In this document: positions 62,561-64,000 of the stretch, in pieces
Position numbering within the stretch: position 1 is the first letter of the stretch
Layout of the letters: each line of letters opens with the position of its first letter
From: Squalus acanthias
Taxonomy: Eukaryota
Length of the DNA: 64,000 nt
Direction: 5' to 3'
NCBI GenBank assembly: GCA_030390025.1
Contig: CM059432.1
Span: 18,230,001 to 18,294,000, forward strand
Translations under genes and position numbers: made by a program
Notes under the pieces: generated by a model
Databases searched by the model: none
Told to the model about the DNA's origin: nothing
The model's input: the letters and a program-made list of their open reading frames with translations, nothing else

Positions 62561-63190
62561 CCAGGACCAGTGAGAGCGGTGGGGATAAAGGGAGCGGCGA
62601 CCCGAGGCTCGAGCGAGAGCGAGACCAGTGAGAGCGGTGGGGATAAAGGGAGCAGTGACCCGAGGCCCGAGACCAGAGTGAGACCGGGACCAGCGAGAGT
62701 GAGAGCAGGACCAGTGAGAGTGGTCGGGATAAAGGGAGCGGTGACCCGAGGCCCGAGACCAGAGTGAGACCGGGACCAGCGAGAGCGGTGGGGATAAAGG
62801 GAGCGGTGACCCGAGGCCCGAGACCAGAGCGAGACCAGTGAGAGCGGTGGGGATAAAGGGAGCAGTGACCCGAGGCCCGAGACCAGAGCGGGACCAGTGA
62901 GAGCGGCGGGGATAAAGGGAGCAGTGACCCGAGGCCCGAGACCAGAGTGAGACCAGTGAGAGCGGTGGGGATAAAGGGAGCGGCGACCCGAGGCCCGAGC
63001 GAGAGCGGGACCAGTGAGAGCGGTGGGGATAAAGGGAGCGGCGACCCGAGGCCCGAGCGAGAGCGGGACCAGTGAGAGCGGTGGGGATAAAGGGAGCGGT
63101 GACCCGAGGCCCGAGACCAGAGCAAGACCGGGACCAGCAAGAGCGAGAGCGAGAGCGGTGAGAGTGGTGGGGATAAAGGGAGCGGGAGCG
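62556..63190 (+). repeat. Ten ~59-bp GC-rich monomers (variants of ~64 and ~86 bp)
   Basis: Ten occurrences of GGGATAAAGGGAGC, with ACCCGAGGCCCGAG between most of them. Confidence 0.92.
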
Positions 63191-63434
63191 AATGAGAGAG
63201 AGCAAAAAATAAATCAAGGAGTGACATCACAGGACAGCAGGTAGGTGATTGGTTGGTGAGTATTAACTTTTTTTCTCTCTTACCTAGGACAGTGGTTTAA
63301 ACTAGGACAGGAAAATTATAATGTACTGTATTAAATTTATAGCTTAACTAGTTAAACTAATTAATATAACTATAAATAATCATTGAATAAAGACTTTAAC
63401 TAATAAAATAAATAAAATAAGGCTAGACTAAGAT

Positions 63435-64000
63435 ATGGCAGGGCAGGTTGTGTGTCTGGACTGCAGTATGTGGGAGTTTGTGGACAGCGAGACTGTCCCG
63501 AGCGAACACGTCTGCAGGAGATGTCTCCGTCTCGAATCTCTCCGGCTCAGAGTCATTGAACTGGAGTGCGAGATGGAGACACTCCGACACATAAGGGAGG
63601 AGGAGGAATTTCTGGACAGTTTTATCCAGAATACAGTCACAGCCCAGAGGAAAGCACAGGTTCAGGAAAGGGAGGGTGTGACTGTTAGGGAGCTGGGGAG
63701 CAGGGATTTAGGAGAGGTTGAGAAGGAGGTCCCGCAGACACTGGTCCTGTCTAACAGGTACAATGTACTCGTGACCTGTGAGGACAAGGAGAAAGACTGC
63801 AGGGAGGACAGCCACAATGCAGACCAAGGCACCGTGACTCAGAAGGCTGTACAAGGGGGGGAAAGAGCAGAATAGAAATGTGGTAGTGATAGGAGATTCT
63901 ATAGTTAGGGGGATAGATAGTGTCCTCTGCAGCCAAGAACGAGAATCCCGAAGGGTGTGTTGCCTACCCGGTGCCAGGGTAAGGGCTATCTCATGGCGGC
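63435..64000 (+). pseudogene. CR1 ORF1p (CxxC-x17-CxxC zinc finger, leucine zipper, SGNH esterase), with one frameshift
   Basis: MAGQVVCLDC...VCRRCLRLESLRLRVIELE. Removing one G from G7 (63855-63861) continues the frame into RNVVVIGDSIVRGID...VCCLPGARV. Confidence 0.88.

Larger units (their letters stand above)
62556..64000 (+). mobile_element. 5' end of a probably full-length CR1 LINE (runs off the window)
   Basis: Monomer array, then an AT-rich leader, then ORF1 with a Zn finger, coiled coil and GDSI esterase block. Confidence 0.85.

Noticed and set aside
62414..63244. 267-aa and 248-aa ORFs, or a repeat-spacer array
   Set aside because: These are translations of the monomer array, and the inter-repeat segments are themselves repeats.

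Overview
This is eukaryotic, transposon-saturated intergenic or intronic DNA, most consistent with a cartilaginous fish (shark). That assignment is inferred from the repeat complement: tRNA-headed Deu-domain SINEs, CR1 and L2 LINEs, RTE, Penelope and abundant Harbinger elements. No host protein-coding exon, rRNA, functional tRNA or CRISPR array could be supported. The dominant system is PIF/Harbinger DNA transposons. One full-length copy (53006-59405) has a DDE transposase and a convergent 3-exon Myb/SANT-like gene that is broken by two nested solo LTRs. Five more coding remnants and about 11 MITEs, many with 3-bp TSDs, are also present. The ORF track does not show several minimal hammerhead-ribozyme motifs in Penelope-derived sequence, including a ~315-bp TSD-flanked fold-back element with one hammerhead on each strand (41920-42234). 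Also present are a 51-copy 21-bp minisatellite inside a MITE-like element, two inverted copies of a ~1.3-kb solo LTR, two tiny hAT MITEs with perfect 8-bp TSDs, and the 5' end of a CR1 with a ~59-bp monomer array and a Zn-finger/SGNH-esterase ORF1. All calls were made by eye with no database search, so family names are provisional and boundaries without a stated TSD are approximate.
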